Part shown: one piece after another, positions 55,234 through 64,000 of the stretch
Position numbering within the stretch: position 1 is the first letter of the stretch
How the letters are laid out: each line of letters begins with the position of its first letter
Assembly: GCA_036012755.1 (NCBI GenBank)
Contig: DASCPX010000179.1
Span: 96,001-160,000, forward strand
DNA length: 64,000 bases
Reading direction: 5' to 3'
Source: Myxococcota bacterium
GTDB lineage: Bacteria > Myxococcota_A > UBA796 > CAJQPC01
Notes under the pieces: generated by a model
What the model saw: only the letters and a program-made list of their open reading frames with translations
Told to the model about the DNA's origin: nothing
Database searches by the model: none
Translations under genes and position numbers: made by a program

Positions 55234-56114
55234 TCCTCTCCCTGTTCGCCTGCACGGACCCCGGCGACACAGGGATCCCCGAGCCCCCCGACCCGGAGTT
55301 CGCCTTCTCGATCGCGGCCATCGCCGATCCCCACATCGCAGGCGGCGCTGACGCCCTGGAGCGCCTGGCTTCGACCGTGGCCTGGATCGACGAGCACGCC
55401 GAGTCGCGCGGCATCGAGCTGGTCGTGGTGCTCGGTGACATCGGCTGGGGCGAGCCCCTGCAGGACGCTCACGACACCCTCGAGGAGCTCGACGTCCCCT
55501 ACGTTCCCGTCATCGGCGACAACGAACCTCACGCCGGCTGGGGCGAGGGCTTCGATCAGATCTTCGCGGAGCAGCTGTTGGAGCTGGAAGAGCTCGGCGA
55601 GGACTGGACGCGCATGGACATCCCCGTCTGGGACCCAGAGGCCGAGGAGACCATCTGGCTCCAGAACTACGGCTTCACCTACCGGGGCATGAGGCTGGTG
55701 GTGCTGGACTGGGCGTCGCGCTCGGATGACACCGTCATCGGCGAGACCGGGGACCTGCACGACTTCGAAGGGGGCACCCTCGCCTTCCTCTCCGACGAGC
55801 TCTCCGATCTGCACGCGATGGCCGACGAGTCCGTCGTCATGGCCACCCACAACCCGATGTTCCTGATCCCCGGCGGCTTCGACATCGAGCAGTCCGAGAC
55901 CGTCTACACGCTCACCTCGGCGGTCGAGGAGAAGGTGGCGATGAACCTCGCTGGTCACTTCCACGTGGACTACGAGGAGACCATCTACGACGGCGGCTAC
56001 GAGCTCTACATCGTCGACGCGGTCTGGGACGACCTCAAGACCATCCGCCTCGTCGAGGTCTGGGACAACGGAGAGACCCTCAGCTACGAGCACGAGCTGG
56101 TGATCGTGCCCTGA
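55230..56114 (+). CDS. Metallophosphoesterase lipoprotein
   Basis: MILSLFAC; ADPH, LGDI, GDNE and AGHFH motifs; ATGA-coupled. Confidence 0.85.
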   Translation: MILSLFACTDPGDTGIPEPPDPEFAFSIAAIADPHIAGGADALERLASTVAWIDEHAESRGIELVVVLGDIGWGEPLQDAHDTLEELDVPYVPVIGDNEPHAGWGEGFDQIFAEQLLELEELGEDWTRMDIPVWDPEAEETIWLQNYGFTYRGMRLVVLDWASRSDDTVIGETGDLHDFEGGTLAFLSDELSDLHAMADESVVMATHNPMFLIPGGFDIEQSETVYTLTSAVEEKVAMNLAGHFHVDYEETIYDGGYELYIVDAVWDDLKTIRLVEVWDNGETLSYEHELVIVP

Positions 56115-56426
56115 TCAGTCCTGGAAGACCCCGACGAACCAGGTGCCCGCGGCGGTCACCAGCATGCCGAGGAAGACCAGCGCCATGACGACCCCCGCCA
56201 CGTGGCTGAACGTCCAGACGGGCACGATGGCGAAGAGCGACACGAGGGTGCCGACGAGCGCGAAGGCCTGCACCCCCCGCCAGGCCTGTCGGATCTTCAT
56301 CCTCTTGCGCTCGACGAGGTAGCCAGCGTCAGCCGGGTCATCGAGATCGATCGGCGAGGACATCGGGTGCTCCGCACAGCGGCCTCGCTCGACGGGTTTG
56401 CGGCAGACCTCGCAGACCCGGCTCAA
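56115..56426 (-). CDS. Small zinc-finger membrane protein
   Basis: CEVC…CAEH then two TM helices; TTG start overlaps the NCS2 stop. Confidence 0.6.
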   Translation of the reverse strand: MSRVCEVCRKPVERGRCAEHPMSSPIDLDDPADAGYLVERKRMKIRQAWRGVQAFALVGTLVSLFAIVPVWTFSHVAGVVMALVFLGMLVTAAGTWFVGVFQD

Positions 56427-57982
56427 TGATGGCCCTCTGTCTCCACTGTCAACAATGGAGCCACGAACAACAGCGCAGCAAGCCCCAGGTAGGCCCCGGC
56501 GAAGGGCCAGTTGGGCGTCAGGTGCAGGGCCGTGTCCCCGAGGGTCCACTGGTAGCTGTGGACCAGCCCGGTCACGCTGAGCGCTGCCGCCGCCAAGGCC
56601 CAGACAGAGGCCTTTCGGAACTCCCGCTCGATGATGTGGACCGTGATGGCCGCCAGGATCATCGCGGTGAAGATGAAGCCCTGCTCCAGGGCGAAGGCGC
56701 CGTCGATCCAGGTGTCAGAGGCCTTGAAGGCGTCGATGAGATCAGGGGTGAAGGGGGCATCAGGGGTGCCCAGGCCCGCAGCCCTGAGCGAGTTCTTGGC
56801 CACGATGGCGCCCCAGGCCGCCACGCCCGGCAACAGGCCGATGACCACCGCGGGGTGGTGGCTCTTGGGCACCGCCTGGGTCGCCTGGGCGGTGATGACC
56901 ACGCCGATCCAGATCACGATCGCCATTCCGGCGTCGATCGGGATGGCCCAGCTGATCCAGGCCAGGGTCCCGGAGAGCGCGACCACCGTGAAGGCGACGC
57001 CGTTGAGGATCGAGTAGCCGGCGCGGGCGCCGAGGCCCTTCCAGCCGGGATGGCCGATGTAGATGGTCGTGGGGAAGCAGCTGCCGAACAGCGCGGCCAC
57101 CAGCGTGCCGACGCCGTTGACGGCGAGCGACGGCGCGGTGGGGTAGCGGTCGCCCGCGGCCTCTGCGGACTCGATGTTCTGCAAGGAGCCGACGACGTTG
57201 AAGAGCCCCATCGGGATGATGACGCTGATGAAGGCCACGGCGTGCCCGCTGGAGAAGGCCTCGATCAGATCGCCGATGACCGGGACGGGCAGGTGGAGCC
57301 CGGCGCTGCCGGTAGGAGGCTCTCCGACCGGTGAGATGCCGATGATCCAGGCGATGAGGGTGCCGAGCGCCACCGCGACGAGGCCCCCGGGGATGCCGCC
57401 CTTGAACTTCACGCGGCCGAAGTAGACGAGCATCACGACTCCCAGGGTCGTGAGCCCGACGATGGGCCGGGCGAAGGTGCGCAGGAGGAAGCCCAGGGAG
57501 ATGAAGGTCAGGGCGATGCCGGCCAAGGTGGCCAACAGCGCCGCCCGTGGGGTGATCTGGCGGAGCTTCTCTGCGAAGAAGGAGCCCCCGAGCTCGATGA
57601 GCCCGCTGCCGAAGCAGGCCACCAGGCCCGCCTGCCACGCGACCTGGGCGGGATCCGCGGCGCCTGCCGCCTCCGCGACGAACTTGGCGGGCAGCATCAC
57701 GAGGAAGACGTGGGCAAACAGCGAGACCGTGTTGATGCCGTAGGGCAGCGCGCAGACGTCGGTCCGACCCTCTCGATCGGCGAGCTTCTTGGCCTGCCAG
57801 GCGTAGTAGAGGTTGCCGACGAGCAGCGACACGGCGCAGCCCGGCAGGACCTTGCCGTAGACGAGCTCGGCGTCGAAGCCCAGCACGAACCGACACAAAG
57901 CGTCGATGAGCAGGAGCTGAACCAGGTTGTCGAGCGCGAGCCCGAAGAACCCGTCGATGTCTCCACGAACGAACCACTTCAT
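56423..57982 (-). CDS. NCS2/AzgA-like nucleobase permease
   Basis: GDIDGFFGL, ALPYGINT, ESAEAAGD and PTTIYIGHPGWK motifs. Confidence 0.88.
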   Translation of the reverse strand: MKWFVRGDIDGFFGLALDNLVQLLLIDALCRFVLGFDAELVYGKVLPGCAVSLLVGNLYYAWQAKKLADREGRTDVCALPYGINTVSLFAHVFLVMLPAKFVAEAAGAADPAQVAWQAGLVACFGSGLIELGGSFFAEKLRQITPRAALLATLAGIALTFISLGFLLRTFARPIVGLTTLGVVMLVYFGRVKFKGGIPGGLVAVALGTLIAWIIGISPVGEPPTGSAGLHLPVPVIGDLIEAFSSGHAVAFISVIIPMGLFNVVGSLQNIESAEAAGDRYPTAPSLAVNGVGTLVAALFGSCFPTTIYIGHPGWKGLGARAGYSILNGVAFTVVALSGTLAWISWAIPIDAGMAIVIWIGVVITAQATQAVPKSHHPAVVIGLLPGVAAWGAIVAKNSLRAAGLGTPDAPFTPDLIDAFKASDTWIDGAFALEQGFIFTAMILAAITVHIIEREFRKASVWALAAAALSVTGLVHSYQWTLGDTALHLTPNWPFAGAYLGLAALLFVAPLLTVETEGHH

Positions 57983-58054
57983 GCGGGCGGATATACCGCA
58001 CGCGATGTTGCTGCTGTCCGCTGGTCGCCGCGAGTGAGGGTCCGCAGCGTCTGA

Positions 58055-58471
58055 TCAGTTGGAGTGCAGCTCCACCAACAGCCCCTCGTCGGCGACCACC
58101 GCGAAGCCGCCTCTCCAGCGGATGTTCTCGAAGGCGGTCGTGGAGTAGGTCGCGCCATCGACGGACCCGGTGATCCCCAGCGCCCGCGCGAGCTCCTCGT
58201 CGGGATGGACCGTAGCGGTGCCCGTGCTGTCACCGAGCACGGAGAGATCCACCTCGTCTGCAGGGAACCAGGCCAGAAGCACCAGGTCGGTCGGGCCGAG
58301 GCCCACCGTGCCCTTCGCTCGAGCGACCCAGCGGACCGTGTCGTAGCCCTCTGGGACCGCGATGTGCCGCTCCAGCGAGGCGCGGTCTTCTCGAACCTCC
58401 ACCGTCTCCTCCTTCGGCGTCTCGACCTCGGGTGTGCCCCCGCAGGCCAGGCTCACAACGAGCCAGTTCAT
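58055..58471 (-). CDS. Small lipoprotein (candidate immunity protein)
   Basis: MNWLVVSLAC; GLGPTD motif; ATGA-coupled to the upstream gene. Confidence 0.7.
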   Translation of the reverse strand: MNWLVVSLACGGTPEVETPKEETVEVREDRASLERHIAVPEGYDTVRWVARAKGTVGLGPTDLVLLAWFPADEVDLSVLGDSTGTATVHPDEELARALGITGSVDGATYSTTAFENIRWRGGFAVVADEGLLVELHSN

Positions 58472-59664
58472 CGCGCGGCCGGACGCTGCCTTGCGTCACC
58501 GGGACGCGAGGTCCGACCACCCTCGCTGGTGGTCGGCGCCCCCGGCGAGGTCGTGGTCACCGGGTCCATCGTCGCCTCGAACTTCACGTCGCGGGTCATC
58601 TTCGCCGTGGACTTGAACTCCTGGCCCAGGCCGGTGATCTCGAAGCGACCGTTGGCCGAGTCCGGAGTGCCGGTGGCGAGGTCCGCTGCGCCGGGGTTGA
58701 AGTTGTACATGTCCTCTGCGTGGATCGTGAGCTTCACCTCGAAGCGACGACCGTAGGTGATCTGTGTGTCCCCCGCTGGGGTGCACATGGGCGGTCCGCC
58801 AGGCAGCACGCCCGGCGGATCGACTCGGCTGGCCTCGTAGACCTCGACCGTGACGTCCATCTCCATCCAGATCGTGTGCCCGCCGATGGCCTTCTGCCAG
58901 TTCTCGGTGCTCGGGTAGGGATAGCGGCCGTCACTGCCGACACCGACGGCCCCCGTGCGCATGCGGAAGCTCGTCTTGCCCGCAGTCGGCGGCTTGCCCC
59001 CGAGGAGCTGGTCGTGCTTCTGGGTAGCCGCGAGCTGGGCGTCCTCGACCGCAGAGGCCACCACGGTCTGGCCGCTGGAGTCGTCCTCGACGAAGCGCTC
59101 GTAGTCGAAGGGGCGCGTGGCACCGCCGCCGAAGAGGAAGTGGCGATAGGTCGCGCAGGCATCGACGAGGTCCGGTCGCAGCAGCTCGGCGGCTTCGAGC
59201 TTGGCCACCCACTTGAGCTTCTCGAGGCGGTCACCCCAGGTGGGGTCCTCGCGCTTGGACTCGTCGATGTTGCCGCTGCCGTCGTCGAGGTGACCGTGAT
59301 CGTGCTTGATCTCGGGTGCCTTGTCGTCGTGATCGATGAAGGTGGCGCGCTGGGACCCGGGGCCGCCGTTGCCCTCGTCCTTGTCCCGCTCGTCGTGCTT
59401 CTTGCGCACCGCGGCCTTTCCAGCCGAGGCCTTGTCCCGGACCTTCGTGTTGGCCCCTCCCACCTTGTTCCTGGCCCCGGTGTTGGCGCCGGAGACCTTG
59501 TCCCGGACCGCGCTGTTGCCGTAGGCCATGACCCCGAGACCACCAGCGCCCAGCGCCGCGAGCGCCGCCTGGTTGCCCCCGACCTGGCCCAGGAGCTGTC
59601 GCTCGTCCGTGCCGAGACCCGCCTCGCCCGGGGCGTCCTTCGTCCGTTCTTGAGACTTGCCCAT
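58468..59664 (-). CDS. Hypothetical protein with GNxA leader motifs and a globular C-terminal domain (candidate secreted effector)
   Basis: Low-complexity N-terminus with GNQAA and GNSAV; C-terminal WQKAIGGH…EDMYNFNPG…NGRFE..GL. Confidence 0.7.
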   Translation of the reverse strand: MGKSQERTKDAPGEAGLGTDERQLLGQVGGNQAALAALGAGGLGVMAYGNSAVRDKVSGANTGARNKVGGANTKVRDKASAGKAAVRKKHDERDKDEGNGGPGSQRATFIDHDDKAPEIKHDHGHLDDGSGNIDESKREDPTWGDRLEKLKWVAKLEAAELLRPDLVDACATYRHFLFGGGATRPFDYERFVEDDSSGQTVVASAVEDAQLAATQKHDQLLGGKPPTAGKTSFRMRTGAVGVGSDGRYPYPSTENWQKAIGGHTIWMEMDVTVEVYEASRVDPPGVLPGGPPMCTPAGDTQITYGRRFEVKLTIHAEDMYNFNPGAADLATGTPDSANGRFEITGLGQEFKSTAKMTRDVKFEATMDPVTTTSPGAPTTSEGGRTSRPGDARQRPAAR

Positions 59665-59670
59665 CGGCGC

Positions 59671-59676
59671 AGTCTA
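59671..59676 (-). promoter_or_regulatory. -10-like TAnnnT hexamer (leaderless start)
   Basis: TAGACT-N6-ATG(59664). Confidence 0.5.
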
Positions 59677-59743
59677 TCCGCTGGATTGCAGGAAGCGCGG
59701 TGTCATCTGCGATGATCCCCACGCCGCCTTCAGGAGCAGCACC

Positions 59744-61006
59744 TTGAAACCCCGTTCGCCGGTCTTCGTCGTCGGGGGGGCCCACACCGCCTTCCTCGGT
59801 CGAGGACGTCCGGAGTTCATCGACCGCAAGCACCCGGACTACGGCGAGCGGACGAACCCCGGACTCGAGGAGCACATGGCCGAGGCCGTGCAGCGCTGTC
59901 TCGAGGTCACCAAAGTGGACCCGCGCGAGATCGACCGCGGTGTGGTCAGCAACTTCCTGGGCGAGCTCTTCTGCAGCCAGGGCCACCTCGGCTCGATGCT
60001 GGCTCGCGTCGAGCCGGCCCTGGAGGGTCGCCCCCTCGAGCGCGTCGAGGCCGCCTGCGCCAGCGGAGCAGCGTCCATCGCCCGAGCCATCGACGGGCTG
60101 CAGTGCTCGGACGACGTCACCCTGGTCGTCGGAGTCGAGATCGAGACCAACGTGCCCGGCACCCAGGGCGTCGAGTACATGGCGGCTGCGGCCCACTACC
60201 GCGAGGAGAGCAAGCTCGACTTCGCGCTGTTCCCCTGGATGTTCGCAAGGCGCGCGAAGGCATACAAGGAGCGCTTCGGCTGCACCCACGAGGACCTCGC
60301 ACGGGTCCCGGTCAAGGCCTACACCAACGCCAACCTCAACCCCCTGGCGCTCAACCACGAGGTGTCCATCACCTACGAAGAGGCATCCACCGTCGGCCGC
60401 CACAACCGCGAGTTCCTCGAGGACGAGGAGCTCCGCGAGCACATCCGCGTCCTGGACTGCACGGCCCTGACCGACGGCGCGAGCGCCGTGATCCTGGCAA
60501 CCGAGGAGGGCCTCTGGCGCATGGGGCTGCCGATCGAGGACTGCACCGAGATCCTCGGCTACGGCCACAGCACGCGCGCCCTGGGGCGATCCACGGACTT
60601 CAGCCAGATGAGGAACATGCGCGACGCCGCCTGGCGCGCCTACGCCGACGCCGGCATCGGACCTAAAGACGTCCAGCTCGCAGAGGTCCACGACTGCTTC
60701 GCCGTCGCCGAGCTCCAGTGCATGGAGGCCCTGGGCCTCGCCGAGCGAGGCCGCGCCTGGCAGAAGCTCGCCGATGGCGACACACAGATCTCCGGTCGCA
60801 TCCCCGTGAACCCTGGCGGCGGGCTCATCGGCTTCGGTCACCCCGTCGGCGCCACCGGCGTGAAACAGGTCGTCGAGGTCTGGCGTCAGATGACCAACAA
60901 GTGCGGCGCCTACCAGGTCCCCGGCGAGCCCCGCTACGCCGTCACTGCCAACCTCGGCGGCGACGACCGCACCAGCATCGTGATGCTGCACGGACGCACG
61001 GACTAG
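59744..61006 (+). CDS. SCP2-type thiolase (acetyl-CoA C-acyltransferase)
   Basis: EAACASG, EVHDCF and GHPVGATG motifs; AGGAG SD before TTG 59744. Confidence 0.9.
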   Translation: MKPRSPVFVVGGAHTAFLGRGRPEFIDRKHPDYGERTNPGLEEHMAEAVQRCLEVTKVDPREIDRGVVSNFLGELFCSQGHLGSMLARVEPALEGRPLERVEAACASGAASIARAIDGLQCSDDVTLVVGVEIETNVPGTQGVEYMAAAAHYREESKLDFALFPWMFARRAKAYKERFGCTHEDLARVPVKAYTNANLNPLALNHEVSITYEEASTVGRHNREFLEDEELREHIRVLDCTALTDGASAVILATEEGLWRMGLPIEDCTEILGYGHSTRALGRSTDFSQMRNMRDAAWRAYADAGIGPKDVQLAEVHDCFAVAELQCMEALGLAERGRAWQKLADGDTQISGRIPVNPGGGLIGFGHPVGATGVKQVVEVWRQMTNKCGAYQVPGEPRYAVTANLGGDDRTSIVMLHGRTD

Positions 61007-61012
61007 GACCAG

Positions 61013-63313
61013 GTGCGCCGACTCGTCTGGGTTGCCGCCGTCCTGGGCGGCTTCGGAGCGGTGGCGGCAGAGGTCGTGTTCACGCGGCGGATGTCCCTCC
61101 TCTTCGGCGTCACGGCCCCGGCCGCTGCGACCGTCGTCGCGGTCTACATGGGCGGCATGGCGCTGGGTTCGGGCTTCGGGGGGCGACTCGCCGACACCCG
61201 CCGAGCGGCCTTCGTATATGCCGGAGCCGAGTGCTTCGGCCTGCTCTGGTGCTTGCTGTTCCTGCCCCTGGCCGGGCTCTTCGAGGGCTTCGGCTGGGGC
61301 CTCGTGTCCGCGGGCACCGCTCTGTTGGTCGGGCCTGCAGCCTTCGCCAGCGGCATGGCCTTCCCGGCCCTGTCCCGGGCCCTGGGCAAGGAAGGCGAGG
61401 TCCGCAGACTGCTGGCCGCGAACACCCTCGGCGCCGCCTGCGGGGCCCTCGCCGCCGGGCTCTGGCTGCCCTCGCTGATCGGCTTCTCCCTGACGCTGGG
61501 GCTCGCCGCTGCCTGCCTGGGACTCGCGGCGCTGTGCGTGCTCGTCGGGGTGAGCGCGAGCAGTTCGGTGGAGACGCTGCCCGAACCCGTCGACCCGGTC
61601 ACCGGTGGCCAGGCAGCCCTGGCCTACGGGGCGCTCGCCGCCCTGGGCATGATGGCCGAGATCGGCTGGACCCGGCTGCTCGAGCAGACAGGCCCCAACC
61701 CCGGCGCCCTGACCTTCCCCCTCGTACTGGCCGCCTACCTCGTGGGCCTGGGGCTCGGCGGTCTGTTCCTCGAGCCACGCCTCCGGCGACGCGGAGAGCG
61801 CCCTGCCCTCGCGGCCTGCGCGGCGCTGGCAGCCCTGTCGACCGCGGCGGCCCTGGCCACCCTGCGCTTCATCCCGAGCGAGGTCCTCGTCGGTCACTAC
61901 GTCGGACTCGGGCCAGGAAACACCTGGGTCTTCGCCATGACCGGGCTGCAGGTCAGCGCAGACCGGCTGGCCATCTACCTCCTGGCCGCCATGCTCCCCG
62001 GAGTCGCCAGCGGAGCGGCCTTCCCCATCGTCGCCAGCGCCGTGATGCGGGCTCGAGCTGGCCTCGGCCGCGGGGTCGGACAGGCCTGGGCCGCCGGCAC
62101 GGTCGCGGCGGTGCTCGCGGTCCTGTGGATGGGCTTCCTGCCTGCCGGGGGCACGATCCGCAGCCTCGCCGTGTGCGCCTGCTGCGTGGCCATCGTCGCG
62201 GCCGTGTTGGGGCGCGGCTACCTGCGCGTCGCCCCGCTGCTCGTGCTCCCGGTGCTCCTCGTGCCCCCCTGGGCCGGCCTCCAGCTGCAGCCGCGAGAAG
62301 AGGTGCAGAGCTGGGTCGAGACCGCCGCCGGCACCTCCGCGCTCACTCGCACCACACCCCGTGGAAGGGCTGGCGACCACAGAGGGGCCTGGTGGGTCCA
62401 CACCCACGGCGAGCGCGTCCCCGGCTTTCCGCTGGAGCTGGAGATCCCGCTGGTCCTCCACCCGGAGCCCTCGCGTGTCCTCCTCATCGCCTTCGGCACG
62501 GGGATCAACACGAAGCTCATGCTCGAGGACAGCGCCGTGGACGACCTCTCCGTCGCGGACATCGACCCGGCCCTCCCCGGACTCGCCGCGGGTCTGCCCT
62601 TCATCGGAGGGGACGTCTTCGCCACGAACCGGGCGAGCTTCTTCCACGCCGACGGGCGCCACCTGCTAGAGGCCTCCCCGGCGCTCTACGACGTCGTCTA
62701 CAGCGACGTCGCCACCTACGCCCAGTACGTCGAGCTGGGCACCGTCGAGTTCTTTTCGCTCGTCCGCAGGCGCCTCGCACCCGGGGGGGTCTTCGCGCTG
62801 AAGATCCACGCAGACACGCTGTCCGAGCCGGGCATGCGGCGCTTCCTCGCCACCTTGTGCGAGGTCTTCCCAGAGGCCCTGCTCTTCGACACCCACGGGG
62901 CGATGCCGGTGGTCGTGGGCTTCACGAGCGCGCCTCGGCTGGAGGAGGTCGAGGCCCGCCTGGAGGAGGCGGAGGGCACCTACCGCCCGGGTCTCCGCGA
63001 GCGTGTCTTCGGGGTCCAGGTCGCGCCGGCGGCCGAGCTCGCGGGAGGGCTCCCCGGCACCGACGACAAGCCGATGGCCTTGCGAGAAGCGCTGTTCGGC
63101 CCGGTCAGCGAAGAGAGCATCGAGCGCTCGGCCCTACAAGCGCTGGCTGCTGAGTTCGACGAGCACGGCGAGCCTGCTGGTTCCTTGCTCTTCGGCATCG
63201 AAGGCCTCGCCTCGCCAGAGGGGCGTCCCAGGCCGCCTCAGGTGCCTGCACGGCGCCCCGGGTGGTTCGAGCGGGGGCCATCAGCTCGTGAGGAAGTCGA
63301 CGACCAACCGTGA
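61013..63313 (+). CDS. Membrane-fused spermidine synthase-like SAM-binding protein
   Basis: About 13 TM N-terminal region (MGGMALGS, NTLGA); RVLLIAFGTG, DID, DGR..L, YDVV.SD, T.EFF…LAPGG. Confidence 0.82.
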   Translation: MRRLVWVAAVLGGFGAVAAEVVFTRRMSLLFGVTAPAAATVVAVYMGGMALGSGFGGRLADTRRAAFVYAGAECFGLLWCLLFLPLAGLFEGFGWGLVSAGTALLVGPAAFASGMAFPALSRALGKEGEVRRLLAANTLGAACGALAAGLWLPSLIGFSLTLGLAAACLGLAALCVLVGVSASSSVETLPEPVDPVTGGQAALAYGALAALGMMAEIGWTRLLEQTGPNPGALTFPLVLAAYLVGLGLGGLFLEPRLRRRGERPALAACAALAALSTAAALATLRFIPSEVLVGHYVGLGPGNTWVFAMTGLQVSADRLAIYLLAAMLPGVASGAAFPIVASAVMRARAGLGRGVGQAWAAGTVAAVLAVLWMGFLPAGGTIRSLAVCACCVAIVAAVLGRGYLRVAPLLVLPVLLVPPWAGLQLQPREEVQSWVETAAGTSALTRTTPRGRAGDHRGAWWVHTHGERVPGFPLELEIPLVLHPEPSRVLLIAFGTGINTKLMLEDSAVDDLSVADIDPALPGLAAGLPFIGGDVFATNRASFFHADGRHLLEASPALYDVVYSDVATYAQYVELGTVEFFSLVRRRLAPGGVFALKIHADTLSEPGMRRFLATLCEVFPEALLFDTHGAMPVVVGFTSAPRLEEVEARLEEAEGTYRPGLRERVFGVQVAPAAELAGGLPGTDDKPMALREALFGPVSEESIERSALQALAAEFDEHGEPAGSLLFGIEGLASPEGRPRPPQVPARRPGWFERGPSAREEVDDQP

Positions 63314-64000
63314 GACGCGCCCGGAGGCCTGGAGGTTCGGGGCGTGGGCCGTGTCCCTGAAGACCTCGAGCCGGGCCCGGGGGAGGCGCCCCACGAACTC
63401 CCGTCCACGCGGGAGGGGGAAGAAGCGGTCGTGCTCGCCCCAGATGACAAGGGTCTCGTGCTCACCCTCGAGCGAGGGCGGATCGTGGGTGCGGGCGACG
63501 AGATCCTCGAGGATCGACAGCTGCTCCTGGCGCCGATGGCGGTAGGTCGTCCTCAGCACGTCCGCCAGCACGAAGTCGGGGATCCAGGGGGGCCGGTGGT
63601 AGGCGAGCTGGACGAGGGCTCGCACTCCGCGCACGTCGGTGGGGAGGAGCAGGTCCGGCACCGACCCGACCCCGAAGCGCTGGCACAGCTCCACGACGTC
63701 GTCTGGGGTGAAGCAGGGACCGGGACAGTCCGAGAGCACCACCTTGCCGACCCGGGAGGGCCAGCGCCGCGCGATCTCGAGGGCGACGAAGCCGCCGTAG
63801 CTCAGCCCGCAGAGATCGAAGTCCCCCGCGACACACTCCACCACCGCGGTCGCTTGCCGTTCGAGCACGCGCCCGACACCCGGTGGGCCGCTCTGGCCGA
63901 AGCCGAGCAGGGTCGGGGCCACCACCCGTCGGACCTTGGAGAGAGCCGCGAGCTGGGGTCCCCACTGCCACACCATTGGGACACCGAAGCCCGGGATCAA
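63281..64000 (-). CDS. Alpha/beta hydrolase (5' end outside the window)
   Basis: GFGQS, GLSYGG nucleophile elbow, WGEHD, AHAP. Confidence 0.88.
   Translation of the reverse strand: MIPGFGVPMVWQWGPQLAALSKVRRVVAPTLLGFGQSGPPGVGRVLERQATAVVECVAGDFDLCGLSYGGFVALEIARRWPSRVGKVVLSDCPGPCFTPDDVVELCQRFGVGSVPDLLLPTDVRGVRALVQLAYHRPPWIPDFVLADVLRTTYRHRRQEQLSILEDLVARTHDPPSLEGEHETLVIWGEHDRFFPLPRGREFVGRLPRARLEVFRDTAHAPNLQASGRVSRLVVDFLTS

Noticed and set aside
59231..62662. 1143-aa minus-strand ORF, and similar long ORFs at 16922-19681, 40915-43257, 46603-48819 and 49728-51737
   Set aside because: Stop-poor antisense or off-frame shadows typical of high-GC DNA; they overlap genes with clear motifs and carry none themselves
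1..64000. tRNA, rRNA, transposase, integrase or prophage
   Set aside because: No recognisable motifs were found by eye; a covariance-model and IS search would be needed to exclude small elements

Overview
A gene-dense, high-GC (roughly 70% by eye) bacterial chromosomal window with about 55 intact genes. I saw no rRNA, tRNA, CRISPR array or mobile element. Asp/Cys-rich 'putative metal-binding (MopE-like)' repeat proteins, GC-TM-RRR (MYXO-CTERM-like) tails and PilT suggest a Myxococcota-like organism (inference). The main locus is a translationally coupled dialkylresorcinol-type cluster at 11.4-18 kb (SGNH, ACP, KS, CLF, darA, darB, conserved hypothetical, BtrH-like). It is flanked by two paralogous B12-binding radical SAM enzymes, a radical SAM/SPASM enzyme and an orphan PP-loop ATPase. 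Two window-wide patterns stand out. First, 12 lipoproteins have ultrashort, uncharged signal peptides with the lipobox Cys at residue 8-11. Second, a TAnnnT hexamer lies exactly 6 nt before 10 start codons, as expected for leaderless transcription. Also present: a CsoR regulon with a double operator, a CHAT(pseudo)-ClpN-FHA protein, a triply frameshifted flagellin-like gene behind a sigma28-like promoter, pheS and pheT split by 19 kb, a candidate effector/immunity pair, three GT-C-like membrane proteins, tandem repeats and several gene-fragment junctions. All family calls come from motif recognition by eye, not database searches.
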